This document shows positions 1 through 13,657 of a stretch of 64,000 nucleotides of DNA, in pieces. The notes beneath the pieces were generated by a model, which saw nothing but the letters and a program-made list of their open reading frames with translations, was not told the origin of the DNA and did not search any database. The position numbers and the translations under genes are program-made. This stretch comes from Octopus sinensis (Eukaryota): positions 4,774,001 through 4,838,000 of the forward strand of contig NC_043001.1 in NCBI RefSeq assembly GCF_006345805.1. The letters are read 5' to 3'. Numbering within the stretch: the first letter of the stretch is position 1; the number at the start of each line of letters is the position of its first letter.

Positions 1-263
1 TGTGTATGTATATGTATGTATATATATACATAATATGGTAATTATATATATATATGTGTGTTATGTATATGTATGTATATATATATATATAGTGTATTAT
101 ATATATATTATATATATATATCTGTGTGTATGTATATGTATGTATGTATATATGTGTGTGTATGTGTATGTGTATATGTACATTACGTGTACGCTCGTGT
201 GTTATGTATATGTAGGTACGTAGAGTTATGTATGTATGTATGTATGTGTACATATGTGTAAGT

Positions 264-325
<62 letters not shown>

Positions 326-696
326 AAGTTTATATGTATGTATCTGTCTGTATAATAGGTAACTGCACGTAAATATATACTTAATATTTATTATTTATTT
401 TTTGAGTATGCATGTATGTATATGAATAACTGCACGTATATATATGTTATTATTTACTTTTTTGAGTATGCATGTAAGTATATGAACATAAGGAGGCGCG
501 CGTGTGTTTGTGTATGTGTAAGCATATGTATAGATATATGTATACTTTTACGCATGTGTGTACTTATGTGTATATATGGATGCGCGTGTGTGTGTGTGTA
601 TATGGGTACGCATGTATATGTGTATGTGTGTGTATGTATATGTGTATGTATGTGTGTGTATATATGTATATGTATGTATGTACATGTATTTGTGTG

Positions 697-747
<51 letters not shown>

Positions 748-887
748 TATATATATGTGTATTAGTATATGTATGTATATGTATGTGTATGTATGCGCGT
801 ATATGCATGTATATGTATACGTGTGGGTGTGTGTATGTGTATATATGTATGTATGTATGGGTGTATGTATATGTATGTATATATACG

Positions 888-924
<37 letters not shown>

Positions 925-1336
925 TTGTATGTAGGTGTATATGTATGTGTGTATATATATTTATTGGTGTATATGTATGGACTAGTCTTCTAAGCGTGTA
1001 GACATGAATCTGTAGGTACGCGTACGTATGTGTATATATGTGAATGTATGTAGATGTATGTATGTATGTATGAATATAACGCGTGCGTGCGTGTATGTGT
1101 ATGAGTGTACGAATGAGTGAGTGTGCGTGCTAATGAGTGTGCGTGCGTGAGTGAGTGCTTGTGTTCGAGTAGAAACATAAATGGACTTGCTGTCGTAGCC
1201 AAGATGCTTGTGACCCGCGGTCAAAGATAACAAAAGTTATAAATGAAGATAATAATAAAATTAAAATTAGGGAATGAGTTTGTATTTGTATGTATATGTG
1301 TGTATGTGTAGGTATGTATAGGTACACATATGTGTG

Positions 1337-1367
<31 letters not shown>

Positions 1368-1660
1368 GTATATATGGACTTGTGTGTGCATGTGTGTATG
1401 TAGATATGTGTGTGTATGTGTGCATGTGTATGTGTGTGTATGTATATATTTTTTGTGTGTATATGTATGTGTGGGCGTGTGTGTGTATATATACATGTGT
1501 GTGTGCATATATATATGCATATATATGTATATATATATATATATATATATGTATATGTGTGTATATATACATGTATGTATATATATATGTGTGCGTGTGT
1601 ATGTATGTGTGTATGTATATGTGTGCGTGTGTGTATATATATACATATGTGTATATGTAT
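1..1660. repeat. Compound (TA)n/(TG)n/(TATG)n microsatellite field, with a ~65-bp tandem duplication at ~358-478
   Basis: Direct reading. All ORFs here are Y/I/V/C/M/H/T low-complexity translations. AATAACTGCACGTA...TTTTTTGAGTATGCATGTA-like text occurs twice. Confidence 0.95.
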
Positions 1661-1896
1661 AAGTGAGAATCTCCTTATTTACCTAAAACTCTATTCTTCT
1701 ATATATTTTTCTATATATTTTTTATTCTTTTATTTTATTTTTCTTTTATTTATTCTTTTATCTATTTTACCACTGACTCCTTGACCACTCCCCCAAGTAT
1801 GATATTTTTGCGTTATGCCTACCCCCAAGAAGTCCCCCACCACCACCCCTTTTAACCTGCCTAAATGTATAAATGCCAATACAATTCTTGTTAACT

Positions 1897-1947
1897 AGCT
1901 TCCTGATGATTTCTCTTGAATGAAACAGTTCTAGTCCTGTAGAAGCT
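1897..1947 (+). ncRNA. Minimal type I hammerhead ribozyme motif
   Basis: AGCTTC-CTGATGA-T TTC TCTT GAA T-GAAA-CAG TTCTAGTC CTG-TA-GAAGCT. Stem I is 6 bp, the core is intact, stem III is ACAG/CTGT, and cleavage is predicted after GUA (A1941). Confidence 0.7.
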
Positions 1948-1959
1948 CCTTCTATATAA

Positions 1960-1966
1960 TAAATTA

Positions 1967-1997
<31 letters not shown>

Positions 1998-2048
1998 TAT
2001 ATGTATACATGTATATATATATACATACAATATATATATATGTATACA

Positions 2049-2079
<31 letters not shown>

Positions 2080-2153
2080 TATATATATACATACATCATA
2101 CATATATATGTATACATGTATATATGTATATATTATATATATATTATATATAT

Positions 2154-2184
<31 letters not shown>

Positions 2185-2290
2185 TTATACATGTGTGTAT
2201 ATGTGTATATATATTAACATATACGCGTATATATGTTTATGTATGTGTGTATACATCTTGTATCTGTACCTGTGTGTGTGTTTGTGAATG
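1960..2290. repeat. (TA)n/(TG)n microsatellite
   Basis: Direct reading. Confidence 0.95.
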
Positions 2291-2339
2291 TGCAGATAAG
2301 TATATCAATATATATGCTAAATGCAATAATTTCCCCGGC

Positions 2340-3090
2340 GCAAAATTAAGGGGCGTCCTTTAGTGATATTCTCTGGATCTTTTGCCGCTTTAGTGTTTAG
2401 CATTTAACTACTAATCGTGTTGGTTCCTCTTTGTCTCACAGTTTTCTGTTATAACACATTCTTCTATATTTGTTTACTTACCCGAATAAACTAATAATAA
2501 TCACCTTCATACATTTACCCATATTTTGTAGCTTATGATATAACTTTCTCAGTGTGTTTTTATTAGATATCTATTTTTAGAAAGTGCGAATATTTCATAA
2601 TGATTTTCTTGACCCAGGGGCAAGTGATCATTTGCATTCAAGGTTAATGTATAACTTCTTTGTCATATTTTGTCTGGTATGTTAAAAAGGAATTCATTGA
2701 TGCATAGTACTGAAAAAAATATCTAGAATATTTATCTCGAAATATCCTTTCAAAACTTTCCTTTCATATGTGCGTATTGTGATATGTCTAGTTCATTAAT
2801 TCCTAAATATTTGCAAGTCTGCATTCACTCGAATTATTATAATATTTATGTTTCATTATGTAAGATGATATTAGCTTTCTTAATTAACTTTCCGACTTTC
2901 ATTGTTACCTTCGCGTATTTGTCTAATCCGAATATTCATATCAATGTAGTAAATCTCTTTACGCTCTGTAGCAGACTTTTAATTGTCTACCGTCTGCAGC
3001 ATATAACTTGACCTATTCCATATTCACATATGCGACTAATTGTCCTCTCATAACATTTTATCCAAGACTCGTCTGGTTTGATAGTTTTTT
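2340..3090 (-). mobile_element. Degraded non-LTR retrotransposon RT remnant (R4/Dong-like)
   Basis: Minus-strand translation gives VKLYAADGRQL (cf. DDLKLYAKNEKQL) and FGLDKYAKVTMKVGK (cf. FGLDKCAK). Many stops. Confidence 0.45.
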
Positions 3091-3102
3091 TTTTAATTTA
3101 TT

Positions 3103-3523
3103 AGGCGCAGGATTGGCTCTGTGGTAAGTAGCTTGCTAACCAACCACATGGTTCTGGGTTCAGTCCCACTGCGTGGCATCTTGGGCAAGTGTCTTCTGCT
3201 ATAGCCTCGGACCGACCAATGCCTTGTGAGTGGATTTGGTAGACGGAAACTGAAAGAAGCCTGTCGTGTATATGTATATATATGTGTGTGTGTGTGTGTG
3301 TTTGTGTGTCTGTGTTTGTTCCCCTAGTATTGCTTGACAACCGATGCTGGCGTGTTTACGTCCCCGTCACTTAGCGGTTCGGCAAAAAGAGACCGATAGA
3401 ATAAGTACTGAGCTTACAAAAAAGAATAAGTCCCGGGGTCGAGTTGCTCGACTAAAGGCGGTGCTCCAGCATGGCCGCAGTCAAATGACTGAAACAAGTA
3501 AAAGAGTAAAAGAGAGTAAAGAG
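3103..3523 (+). mobile_element. Full-length tRNA-derived SINE (type A, CORE-like domain, internal TA/TG tract)
   Basis: Head AGGCGCAGGA..GGC..TGGTAAG (A box) and GGTTCAGTCCC (B box), CORE-like CTTGGGCAAGTGTCTT, and 3' tail GCGGTGCTCCAGCATGGCCGCAGTCAAATGACTGAAAC-(GTAAAAGA)n. Multiple copies occur in the window. Confidence 0.9.
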
Positions 3524-6030
3524 ATGGAAACAACCACGGGCAGAGTGAGTAACGTGAGGAAGTTATTCTTTTAAATATTACATTCGATATCCCCCCCACA
3601 TGTAACCACCTATAATATGTTAATTATATTATATGTTCAATGTTTACATTTAAAAAAAAATTATTGATAAATACCTATTCCTGATTGCTGATGAGAAATG
3701 CTTCCCAGAACTTCTTCACATTCATTGTCAACTACCATTTTCTCGTTCACTGGTCTTTATTTATGGTTTTTGATTTTTTATGAGGTATTCATGTCTGACG
3801 CTTAAAGGCCTGGAATGTCTTCTAAGCTGGTAGGAACGGAATTATGTTGGCGAATAACGACCAACTAGTATGCTATCGGGTAAGGTCGTCCGTAAAAACG
3901 GAAATGCCTGTGAAAGACGTATATGAATATCCGAGGACTTCTCTGGCAAGGTGAACTTCACGGCAAAAACCCTTATCCACATAACCCCAGGAGACATCTT
4001 TTTATCTCCTCCAATTGTTCCTCTCGTGTAATGTTAACAATATGTGACAAGGGAGATAACTCCCTATCTTTTAACTCTATGAGCACATCACGTGATATCA
4101 TACCCAGTCTCATTTATCGTTTCATTTTATCTCGAAATGTATTGTCCATTGTTAATGTATTTTCGGTGTTAATATTCGAGTTAATGTTTTGTAGCAGCAA
4201 ACGATATTTATAAATATTCACCTGGAAGAATAATGTCTCAAAAGTAAGATTTGCGCACAAGGTTTTCGCGAAGTTATATTGGTAAATTCCTTAAGTTCCT
4301 TTTTAACAACGAAGAATAATTTGAATCTCCGATGGCCTTGCGGTAGTTATCCTTTCGGCAGACATATCCAGAGTATCTGTTCCTTTTATTCCCTTACTTC
4401 CGATTTCTACTTTGATGATCATGCTAATGCACTTCAAATTCTCAATTCCGGCAGTTTTCTTTCAATCATTGTGGTCAGCGAGGCAAAACCTATCGTTTTG
4501 AAATATGGAAAGCATATAAGTTTTTTGAAAATCACACTTTTCGAAATTAGTGTCACTTTCAGTTCTGCATCTGTTACATTTTATCTCTTAGTTGTTTCAA
4601 TAATTGGTCTGCAGCGGTGCTATCGCAATTCATATCAAAAATAATAATCCATATTTTACGTATTCAATCTGGTGTCTGGGAATTCACGGGAAGAACTGAA
4701 ACAGAGAATATTCTATAAAATCATATGAAGAAATCTTCAAATAATTACTGTGAATATGGTGACAATATGCCTAGATAATGAGGCAAATACAATGATTCAA
4801 TTATGCAAACATTTCCGAAAGGCCAAAACAAATAACGAAAAAGGATTTCGTATGTGGCCCCTCAATAATGTCACACACACAATGGGATAAAGCTACAGAA
4901 GTATTATCAATCTCTCATTGAATGAGAATACTAACATAAATATTCACTACTAGCACGCATTAGTAGTAAATATAATCTACAAAATGTCTTTGAAAATTTG
5001 CAATATATATTATACCTGCATTACCGACAAAGAACATTTTATTTCAGTAAACGTTTTCGCATTTCTAGGAAAGTAAAATCATGAATCTTTCTTGAATGTA
5101 TATACATATAAAACACATAAAATATGTGAAACATATCTATAGTTGTGATTGGATATATTGACATAAATTTCATCTGACAAATACAATATTGCAAATCCGA
5201 ATCAACGAAAGACAAAGCATATGTATAAGAGGAACAACAATAAATGTCTATGAAGCAAATTCTGAAGCACTGACGCCATAATTTTAGAAGCAAAATCACA
5301 TCCTTAATACCAAACTTACACGAAAGAAGAAAAATATTATTCAGGTAATAAAAAACTAAAACCTGAGCGAAAATTTCAAGAACATTGTAAGACTAATACT
5401 GCGAATTTGTAGTAAGGTTTCTGAAAATGTGAAGTGATCGCTTTCAACTCATGTCAAATATTTTTTTAAATACCTGAAAATATAAAATACGCAGAGACAT
5501 GAAGAGAAGATTCTCACAAAGTGTAGTTCTGTTTTAATACCAAATGAAATATATTAGGGAAAGAAAGGCTACGAGAAAATCATAAATTAAGCAGCTGGAA
5601 ATGTTCTGCAAACAGAAAACCGCGACATTATGTATACAGAGACACCAGATATTGCTTAAACTCTTTTTTCCAAAATTCATTTCATCAATGTCTCATGTAA
5701 TATATTTAATTAAATTGCTTGCATGCACTAAATGTTCCTTTACCCCAACCCCAATATTTTACAATCAACTATCACAAGTATTTCACATTTAACAATTTAA
5801 TGTTCATATTAATAATAATAGCTCCAAAATTTCTAGTATTATAAACATAGTAAATAAGCGGAAATAATCTTCGACACCGACGCAAAACATGCAACCTGAG
5901 GGGAAAATGGAAGAATACAGCAGCTGAAGTGTTTAATATTAATATACTGACAGAATAGGAAAATATCACTATATAATAGCATAATATAGTTTAATATAAT
6001 AAGAAGCATAATTACCTTGATGTGGATTAA

Positions 6031-6250
6031 CCCTTTTGTTACTGTATTTCTGTTGAGATGCTTTGTGTTTCTTTCAATTACTTTAAATATAACAAGGAAT
6101 TTAGTAAAATAACTTGGTTATCATTAAGCTAGTGTTAGGAACATAAATTGTGACTAAGATTTGGGGGAAAATTTTAATTCAAAACTTACGAAAACAAGAC
6201 ATTTGTACTCAGAGCCAGAACCAGTTTCAGCTGGTTTGGTAACGAAAGGT
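6031..6250. mobile_element. piggyBac-type MITE
   Basis: TTAA|CCCTTTTGTTAC ... GTAACGAAAGGT|TTAA: terminal inverted repeats with a TTAA target duplication. Confidence 0.7.
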
Positions 6251-6319
6251 TTAAGTAGCTCCAAATAATGAGTTATTTATTTCCTTGCTTTCTCCTCCTG
6301 AAATATCATCTCCTGCCTC

Positions 6320-6380
<61 letters not shown>

Positions 6381-6384
<4 letters not shown>

Positions 6385-6590
6385 TAATCCAAACATGAAA
6401 ACACAAAGTGAAAACACAACAACGCGAGGACGTGGAACAAGTATAGTGTTATTGGACGCTCAGGAAAGAAGGAAAGAAGGAGGGTTTAAAATTTCGAACG
6501 GAGCTCTTCGTCAGAAACATAAGAAAAGGGAAGATCCACAGAAGAAAAGACGGGGGAAGACGGTACACACGCGATCACATTTTGATATAT
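6381..6590 (-). mobile_element. Penelope-like pLTR fragment between (TA)n tracts
   Basis: Non-coding, flanked by (TA)n on both sides, and contains an HHR motif on the minus strand. Confidence 0.5.
6484..6518 (-). ncRNA. Minimal hammerhead motif with degenerate stem III
   Basis: Minus strand: GTTT-CTGACGA-A-GAGC TCC GTTC-GAAA-TTTT-AAAC. Stem I is GTTT/AAAC and stem II is 4 bp; the stem III palindrome is lost. Confidence 0.55.
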
Positions 6591-6704
6591 ATATATATAT
6601 ACGCAATAAACTTGACGCGTATTAAAGCCTTGTGTTTTGAAAATGGAATATGCAATTTTCAGTAACACCAGCTTTATTTAAGCTGGGTCGAATGCCAGTC
6701 CATA

Positions 6705-6835
6705 TACATGCATGCATACATGCATAAATATATACATACATACATACATACAGACAGACAGACATACATACATACATACATACATACATACATACATACA
6801 TACATACATACATACATACATGCATGCATACAAAT
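6705..6835. repeat. (CATA)n microsatellite
   Basis: Direct reading. Confidence 0.95.
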
Positions 6836-6849
6836 ATACATAACAACTG

Positions 6850-7560
6850 ATACAAATCTCTCTCCAATGAGCTTTAGTTCAATCTCTTTATCAGGACAAC
6901 AGAAACGAACCAGTTCACATGAGAAGAGAGTCCATGGATAGTTGACACATAAATCACAAACCAGAGAAAATTATCGACAACCCACTGGGAAGGACACATG
7001 GAGAACAAGAGATCGTCATCCTGTACCTACAGCATAAAACACTGAAAAAGTTGACAGAGAACAGATATAAGCTGTGCAAGGCGCGACCTGGGGCATCAAG
7101 CACACTATTGCTGAATGTAGGAGAATTTCATCCCGATATTTTCTTCTCATAATACATGATATGGTGGCTAGAACAATCTGAAACAGGATGGCAAAAAGGA
7201 GATTACCTCGAAATAGAGGGGACAATATCAAGAGAGATGGGTCAACAGAACACTGCTGGAACAAGAAAATTAAAACAGATATCATGACCAGCCAGATATC
7301 GCTACGGGAGAGTGCAAAACAAAATTTTCAGTCCTGGAAATCAGTTGCCACCTGGACACGGATGGGATAAGAAAAATACAAATGCTTCGGATGCATTATT
7401 ATCAAAGCAGCATTACGAATATCAACGCGTCAGGGAGGCTGAACTTGGAATTTCGGGGATAGAATACAAATATTTAATTCATAATCTACAAATAATCACC
7501 GTATCTGGGATTATAAATATCTGTAAATATATTAAGATATTAAAATCTGTAATATATTAA
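6850..7560 (+). mobile_element. Degraded R4/Dong-like LINE C-terminal (zinc knuckle/RLE) remnant
   Basis: Translation IKHTIAECRRISSRYFLLIIHDMVARTI...EHCWNKKIKTD resembles the HIIxxC...RHDxVA...WWNxxIKT region of RLE-type LINEs. Contains stops and frameshifts. Confidence 0.45.
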
Positions 7561-8760
7561 ATGAAAATTGTTAAATCAATCTTTTTCCATCACAGATTTG
7601 TTATCAAGTAAGCCTCTGTACAGAATTTACTCCATATTAAAAAGTGTGTGTGTGGGGGGGGGGGTGATGGAATCTCCCGGGCAAATCCCCGAATGACAGT
7701 TCAGAATGTTCTTAACAACGTGCATAAATGATTGGTTAAAGTAATGGTTAAACATGTTCTGTGCCAGACGTCAGGTGTCATAATGATTATAGAGCAGCAT
7801 CAGATGAAACGATTTGCTCCAGAATACAATGCGTAACTCGAACCTGGTATGGAAACCTTAATCTCACGAATGTTAATGCAACACCCTAACCCCTTGTCTA
7901 TGGCGCTATCCCTGATTTTATGTTGAATTTTGATTACCTAAAGTAACAAATATCGCTCTAATTGAATTCTTCCGCTAGAATATGGGCCCCCCACAAACAC
8001 ATGCATCCAATTACACACCTACATTCATACATTTATTTTCCATTACTGATGTGTGTTGTGTGTGAAACGTGGTTTCCAGATAAGAAAATAATCTTTCTGT
8101 AATTATATGATCCAAATAATATATAAAATTTTCAAGTCTTCTTATCTTTTTCAAAATCCTATTAACTTAATCCCTTCAATACTTCTCATTGATGGAAAAT
8201 TATAATTTCCATATAAAACAGTACTGACTGCGTAGAAAGACAGATTCATTACAGCAATTAGCAGTACTATATATATATATATATACATACATATATATAT
8301 ACTGCAAATAGATAAAGGAAAACATCGTATCAGTTTGTAATTATTTTGGGGAAAAAAGGAGAAACCGAATCAAATTTTCCATTAAGGATTCCCGTCCATT
8401 AACTGCAGGTGAAATTTCAATCCAAAATGAATTTACTTCGCATCTCGCATCATAAATATTTGCTGTTAAGCATTATGTGCGCAACATGTTTCCATGACAA
8501 TATTTGGATTGCGTAGCTGTTAAGACCTTTGAGCAGTAACAATACGTAATGAATGACTGTGTGGAGGTGTAGCAAAACACACACACACATACACACAAAC
8601 ACACACACACACACGCACACTCACATACAGACAGATAGATAGATAGATAAATAAATAGATAGCTAGAGGAATAGATCATTAGAACATGAACAGTTTACGT
8701 CAGAATGGCTCAATCTAATAGGTATGTGTTCTGAGTGCTCAGCTAGTTGTGGCATGTAAA

Positions 8761-8830
<70 letters not shown>

Positions 8831-11750
8831 AATGTTGCGTGAACAAAACTCTTTAGGTGCGTGTTGACGTCGGTTACTGGATGTCACAACTGGACTACAA
8901 GCGTTTAGTGCACGTTCGTCCGATTTTCGTTTTCACGAACAATGTCTGCACTTTTCATCCACAGATACTAGAGAAAGTTTCACCAAGATTATGGTGATAC
9001 ACTGGCTCAGACAATCCATGTGATTCACCATCAATAGAAACGTGTTTTTGGCAATGGTTAAAGAATCCTATTATTGTTGGATACCGTCGAACACATAAAA
9101 TCCTCCTGGGAAATGTTCCATTCACCTCGGAGAATAGAAGAACCTTCTTCTAAACTTCTAAGCCCATCACACAGACAGACAGGCAGACAGACAGACACAT
9201 AAGAGACGAAACGCTAGATCCAAACAGAGTTTAGGCATAAACAACTTTTAGATTAGTTAAAGTATGTGGCAACTTTCAACACCTAAAGGGCAAATATTGC
9301 AAATACCGTGGAAAAAGAATATCTCCCTTATAGTAAAAGGTTAATAAGCTCCCGGTCTGGTCAATGCCACCATCTATCAGGTATCTCAGACATCGCTGTT
9401 TCAAGTTTATTTCCTCTTGAACGTCAATAAAGTTCCTAACAGTGGCAACTCTCTACAAACTTATAAACCAATAACGTTAAGCGTAATTCTCTAAGTACAT
9501 AATATTTTTATAAAGAAAGGCAAACAAATCTATACTGTATTTTTATAACATTTTCATTATTGAAACGTAGTCGAATATTTTTTTCTATTTCCGTCCAATA
9601 TTCCACCAAACATACTCTACATTTATTTTATTTTTTATTGTTACCAATTTTTGCACAAAAGTATTACGTCTTACATAAACTAAGCGAAATCAACTTAAAT
9701 ACCATTGTCCATTTTGTCCAAGTTAAAGATCCGAGCGATGTAAACCCAAAGTGATAAAAAAAATAAGGAGTCCACACCGACAAGAATCAAAGTAGAAACG
9801 TAATACGACGCCACTACGTCGACACAACACGCCGAAAATAGTCATAAGTGGTGAGTTTAGTGAAACTAACATTCGCATTAACGCATAGTTTATTCTTTCT
9901 TAAACTGAAAAAAGCCAAATGTCGGGTTTGTATCTCATTGCGCAAAGAATAGATCATCTTAATAGTAAAAACTCTAAGGAAGACACATTCGCAACGAACT
10001 GAAGGGGAACGCTACTGTGTATCGGATCAGAATGGACCACTTGGATAAATGAACTACGATGATAAATGCTTCCTCTTACCCCAGCCCACGATGAACGGCA
10101 ACTGTAAGATGCTCAATAGCAACCAGATTAGCAGCAAACACAATAATTATGGCCACCACAACAGCAACATCAACGGCAATGGCGAACACAGCCAAAAGAT
10201 CCCCAAAGCCACCAACCACTATAGATTCAGTACTATCTTCATAGAACAGATAAGAATGTTAATAATATTTCCAAGTATTGCTTCCCATCCGGTTATGTAA
10301 CCATGGTGAAGACAAGCCAGACCATCATCTTCGAACCAAAGTATGCTCTTGTTTTAAATTCATGATCTGAAATTTTATAATACTTTCAAGGAATTTATTG
10401 TGTGGAACTTGCTGACATAGTCACATATAACGCCTTACAAGATTTTAAGTCGAATAGTCGAATGTGTGTATATGGGTGTGTGTGTGTTTACGTATATATA
10501 TATATATGTATGTATGTATATATACATACATACATTGCACATTTTCAAAATTTCCTGGTAATATGCACGATTTATATGTTAAGACGAAAGATTTTATTCG
10601 TTTTATGAAGTGTTTATTGTAGAATCTAATTCATATCATGCTATAATTTCATTACAGCAATTCTGAAGAACTAGTGATTATGTTCAAGTAGACAAATGGT
10701 TACTGTTGTTCTCTGTAAATTAAGTATCGGTTCCAGTGATGGGAAATTATCGGTAAATGTTGTCCTGATCACTGTGATTACGGCCACCCAAACATCGTGT
10801 TATTAAAGTCTAAAATGTCATACTTGTACAAGTGTTGCAGGTGTTCGTTATAATGTAACAGCATTTCCGCCACAATGTAAAGTTATTTCAAATCAGCTGA
10901 CTGACTATTTGCAATTTCTCCTTTTCTATGAATAACCATAATGACGTCTATTGTCATAGTGCTGGAATTATTGTCAGAGATGCATTATTTTTAAGTGTTG
11001 TATTATTTCAGAAGTTATGATGTTATTCTCAATTGGTAATTCCGCAATAACTGGTCAATAAAAATGTAATGTCAGGCTATAAAAAATACTTGATGTTTGC
11101 TGTAGAACGCTTTAGGAACTAAGAAAATCAATGTACTTGGAAGATGTGGTTGGTTATCAGACATAAAAACTTTTTCTCAATGTTCTCATTGAAAATGATA
11201 ATACCATGTTTAAAATGAAAATGATGAAAGGTATCAAAATAAAATCCTTTGAAGTGGTATTTATCTTTCGGTAGAGTTTATCTCTGCTGCAACACTGGTT
11301 CAAATTTGATCACCACAGAAAATGTGTCTTCTGTTGTAGTATTGGATTATCGGAACAAGAAAGACAAGTTTAATAAGCGCTGATTTTTTTCCATTATACG
11401 GCAGAGAGGTTATTGGGTAAGAAGTTAGTACATGGTTACTTTAATTTCTTAGAAGCTTATTTCCAATTTTGTTTCTGTTTGTTGTCTGTATTTTTTTTGT
11501 GGGGGGGGGGGTCGTTCTAAAGCGAATATATTGATATTATATTTCAAAATAATATCAGTGAGGTCCAATGCTAAATATGGACAATTAAAGAGTTACACTT
11601 TCCGTAGATGAACAAAGACACAAAAGAAAATCTATTAAGATGATCCGCGTGGATAACGAGATTAAGTAATCAAAATTTTATTTCTTCGGAACAATTTTTA
11701 AATAAAACAAAATCCATCTTTTTCTTCTAATCTTTATTCTGATCTTTCAG

Positions 11751-11789
11751 GGCTACTAATTTCTGTCAGCTTTTAAAACAGAAACAGAG
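11751..11789 (+). other. Candidate 39-nt host exon
   Basis: Long pyrimidine tract with TTCTAAT branch-like motif, then TCTTTCAG| acceptor and |GTATGT donor. Length is a multiple of 3 and one frame is open (ATNFCQLLKQKQ). Confidence 0.4.
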
Positions 11790-12504
11790 GTATGTTCTGT
11801 TTAAATAGAGACAAGCGTGGACGCCACGCATTCCATCGCAAAGCATTTGCCTCCATGGATGTCATCAAAAACATTTGGGAAATAAAAGGGAAATAGACGC
11901 TACAGACCCCCACCCTCAAAATGGTTGTTGAATATTTTTCGGACAATCATAAACCATGCATAAACCAGCACCACAATAGTGAGCAAATTATTTTTACGGT
12001 CTTTTAAAGAATGAAGGAGAAACTAAGTCGTCTGAGGTAAATGATGGCGAGGTTGCGGGCGGATTGATAGATATAAGAAACAAAATCAATCATATCACAA
12101 CACAAACAATTATGAAACTATACCGAACATGAGGGATAAGTTATACGAAGATCTAAACATGGGAGGAGGAAAGGAATATCGATACATAAAACAGAGAAAC
12201 CCACATGCAAAAAGTAGGATTATATCAGAAAAATCAGAGAAAGATATAACAACAGCACCGGGTAAATTGTCACGATTTCATATTCTAATTTCACGCATGC
12301 GCATTGTTTGTTTAGATTTTGTCGACTATACACAGTGTATGAGAAAAACAGCACAATGACACAATTCGCTCTACCAGAAATTAGGAAACGATATGCTGTA
12401 CGGCTTTGCATTAAGACTGGAAGCTCCAAAACGAATAATTCACAATGGTTGAGTGTTAAACTGAGGACGGTGCAATCTGAGGACGTGTACCGAGAGTGAT
12501 GTAA

Positions 12505-12945
12505 ATAAAACATCCAGTTTACATCATAATATTTCGAGGGATCACTATTGATGGCGATGTTATGCCTGAATTATTATTTCCACATGGCGTCAAATTCATA
12601 ACAGAGACCTACATCAAGTACCTGGAGATCGTAGTGCTCCTTTAGATCAAGAGGGTGTCTGCTGGAAGATACTATGTTTGGCAACAGGACTCCGCACTTT
12701 GCCGCACAAGAAGAAGAACCCACTATTGCCTGTCAGATAGTTTCTGCAACGATAGGACCCTTAAAACCTGGACATCTAGCACCACAGACTGCAAACTCCT
12801 GGTCGATCATGTACAGGGCGCAGTTGAGCGAGAGGATCAAAATTTCTTGTAACACCAGATATGAAAAATAGGCAAGGATTATGGGAGACCGTGTAGAAGA
12901 GTTGCAGGAGATTCCGAAGTCGTCTCGAGACCGTTGTTGAAGAGA
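12505..12945 (+). mobile_element. Tc1/mariner (maT/DD37D-like) transposase fragment, pseudogenised
   Basis: ITIDGDVMP..FPHG, AGRYYVWQQDSA, TWTSSTTDCKLL..VQGAVERE and RFRSRLETVVE correspond to the YVWQQDSAP...WPPNSPDCNPLDYYVWGAVERE motifs. Confidence 0.8.
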
Positions 12946-13375
12946 GGGAGAGGGAGAAAGAGAGACTCTCACACACACATATACATATATTACATGCATA
13001 TATATTAGAATGTGTGTGGTCACATGTTTGTTTGTGTGAATGTGAGAGAGGACGGTAGATTGAAAGTAGCATATATGGCGATATTAGTTAATGGGGTGTA
13101 AAACGAGTTCAAGAGAGATGGAAGCCAAGCAGGAGAGAAATTTTCACCTTTGCAATGTTTCTTTTTTCTTTTATCACATTCGAAATTGATATTACACTAA
13201 GAACATAGAATACCATGATTTGAAATGTCCTCAATTATGGAACATCTGTCAATATCAGAGGAATACGTGACATGTGACACACTACTAACTACTTGGCAAC
13301 ATCAAAGCCAAGCTTAGACTTTAAAGTAGTGAGATAGAAAACCTGACTTCGAATTTGCACATCTGTGTGCATTAA

Positions 13376-13412
<37 letters not shown>

Positions 13413-13457
13413 GTGTGTGTGTATGTGAGTGTGTGTGTAAATATATACATATATATA

Positions 13458-13492
<35 letters not shown>

Positions 13493-13494
<2 letters not shown>

Positions 13495-13657
13495 GACGGG
13501 CTTCTTTCAGTTTCCGTCTACCAAATCCACTCACAAGGCTTTGGTCGGCCCGAGGCTATAGTAGAAGACACTTGCCCAAGGTGCCATGCAGTGGGATTGA
13601 ACCCAGAACCATGTGGTTGGTAAACAAGCTACTTACCACACAGCCACTCCTGCGCCT
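13493..13657 (-). mobile_element. SINE type A, 5' half
   Basis: Reverse complement of the head and CORE-like domain of 3103-3270. Embedded in TA/TG microsatellite. Confidence 0.9.

Noticed and set aside
2-2287. Many 60-170 aa ORFs rich in Y/I/V/C/M/H/T (also at 13365, 30278, 55388, 61358)
   Set aside because: They are translations of TA/TG/CATA microsatellites, not genes.
3688-3715. CTGATGA followed by GAAA
   Set aside because: There is no room for stem II and no stem I/III pairing.
12465-12495. Two CTGAGGA motifs around a short hairpin
   Set aside because: No GAAA follows, and the site adjoins the Tc1/mariner fragment.
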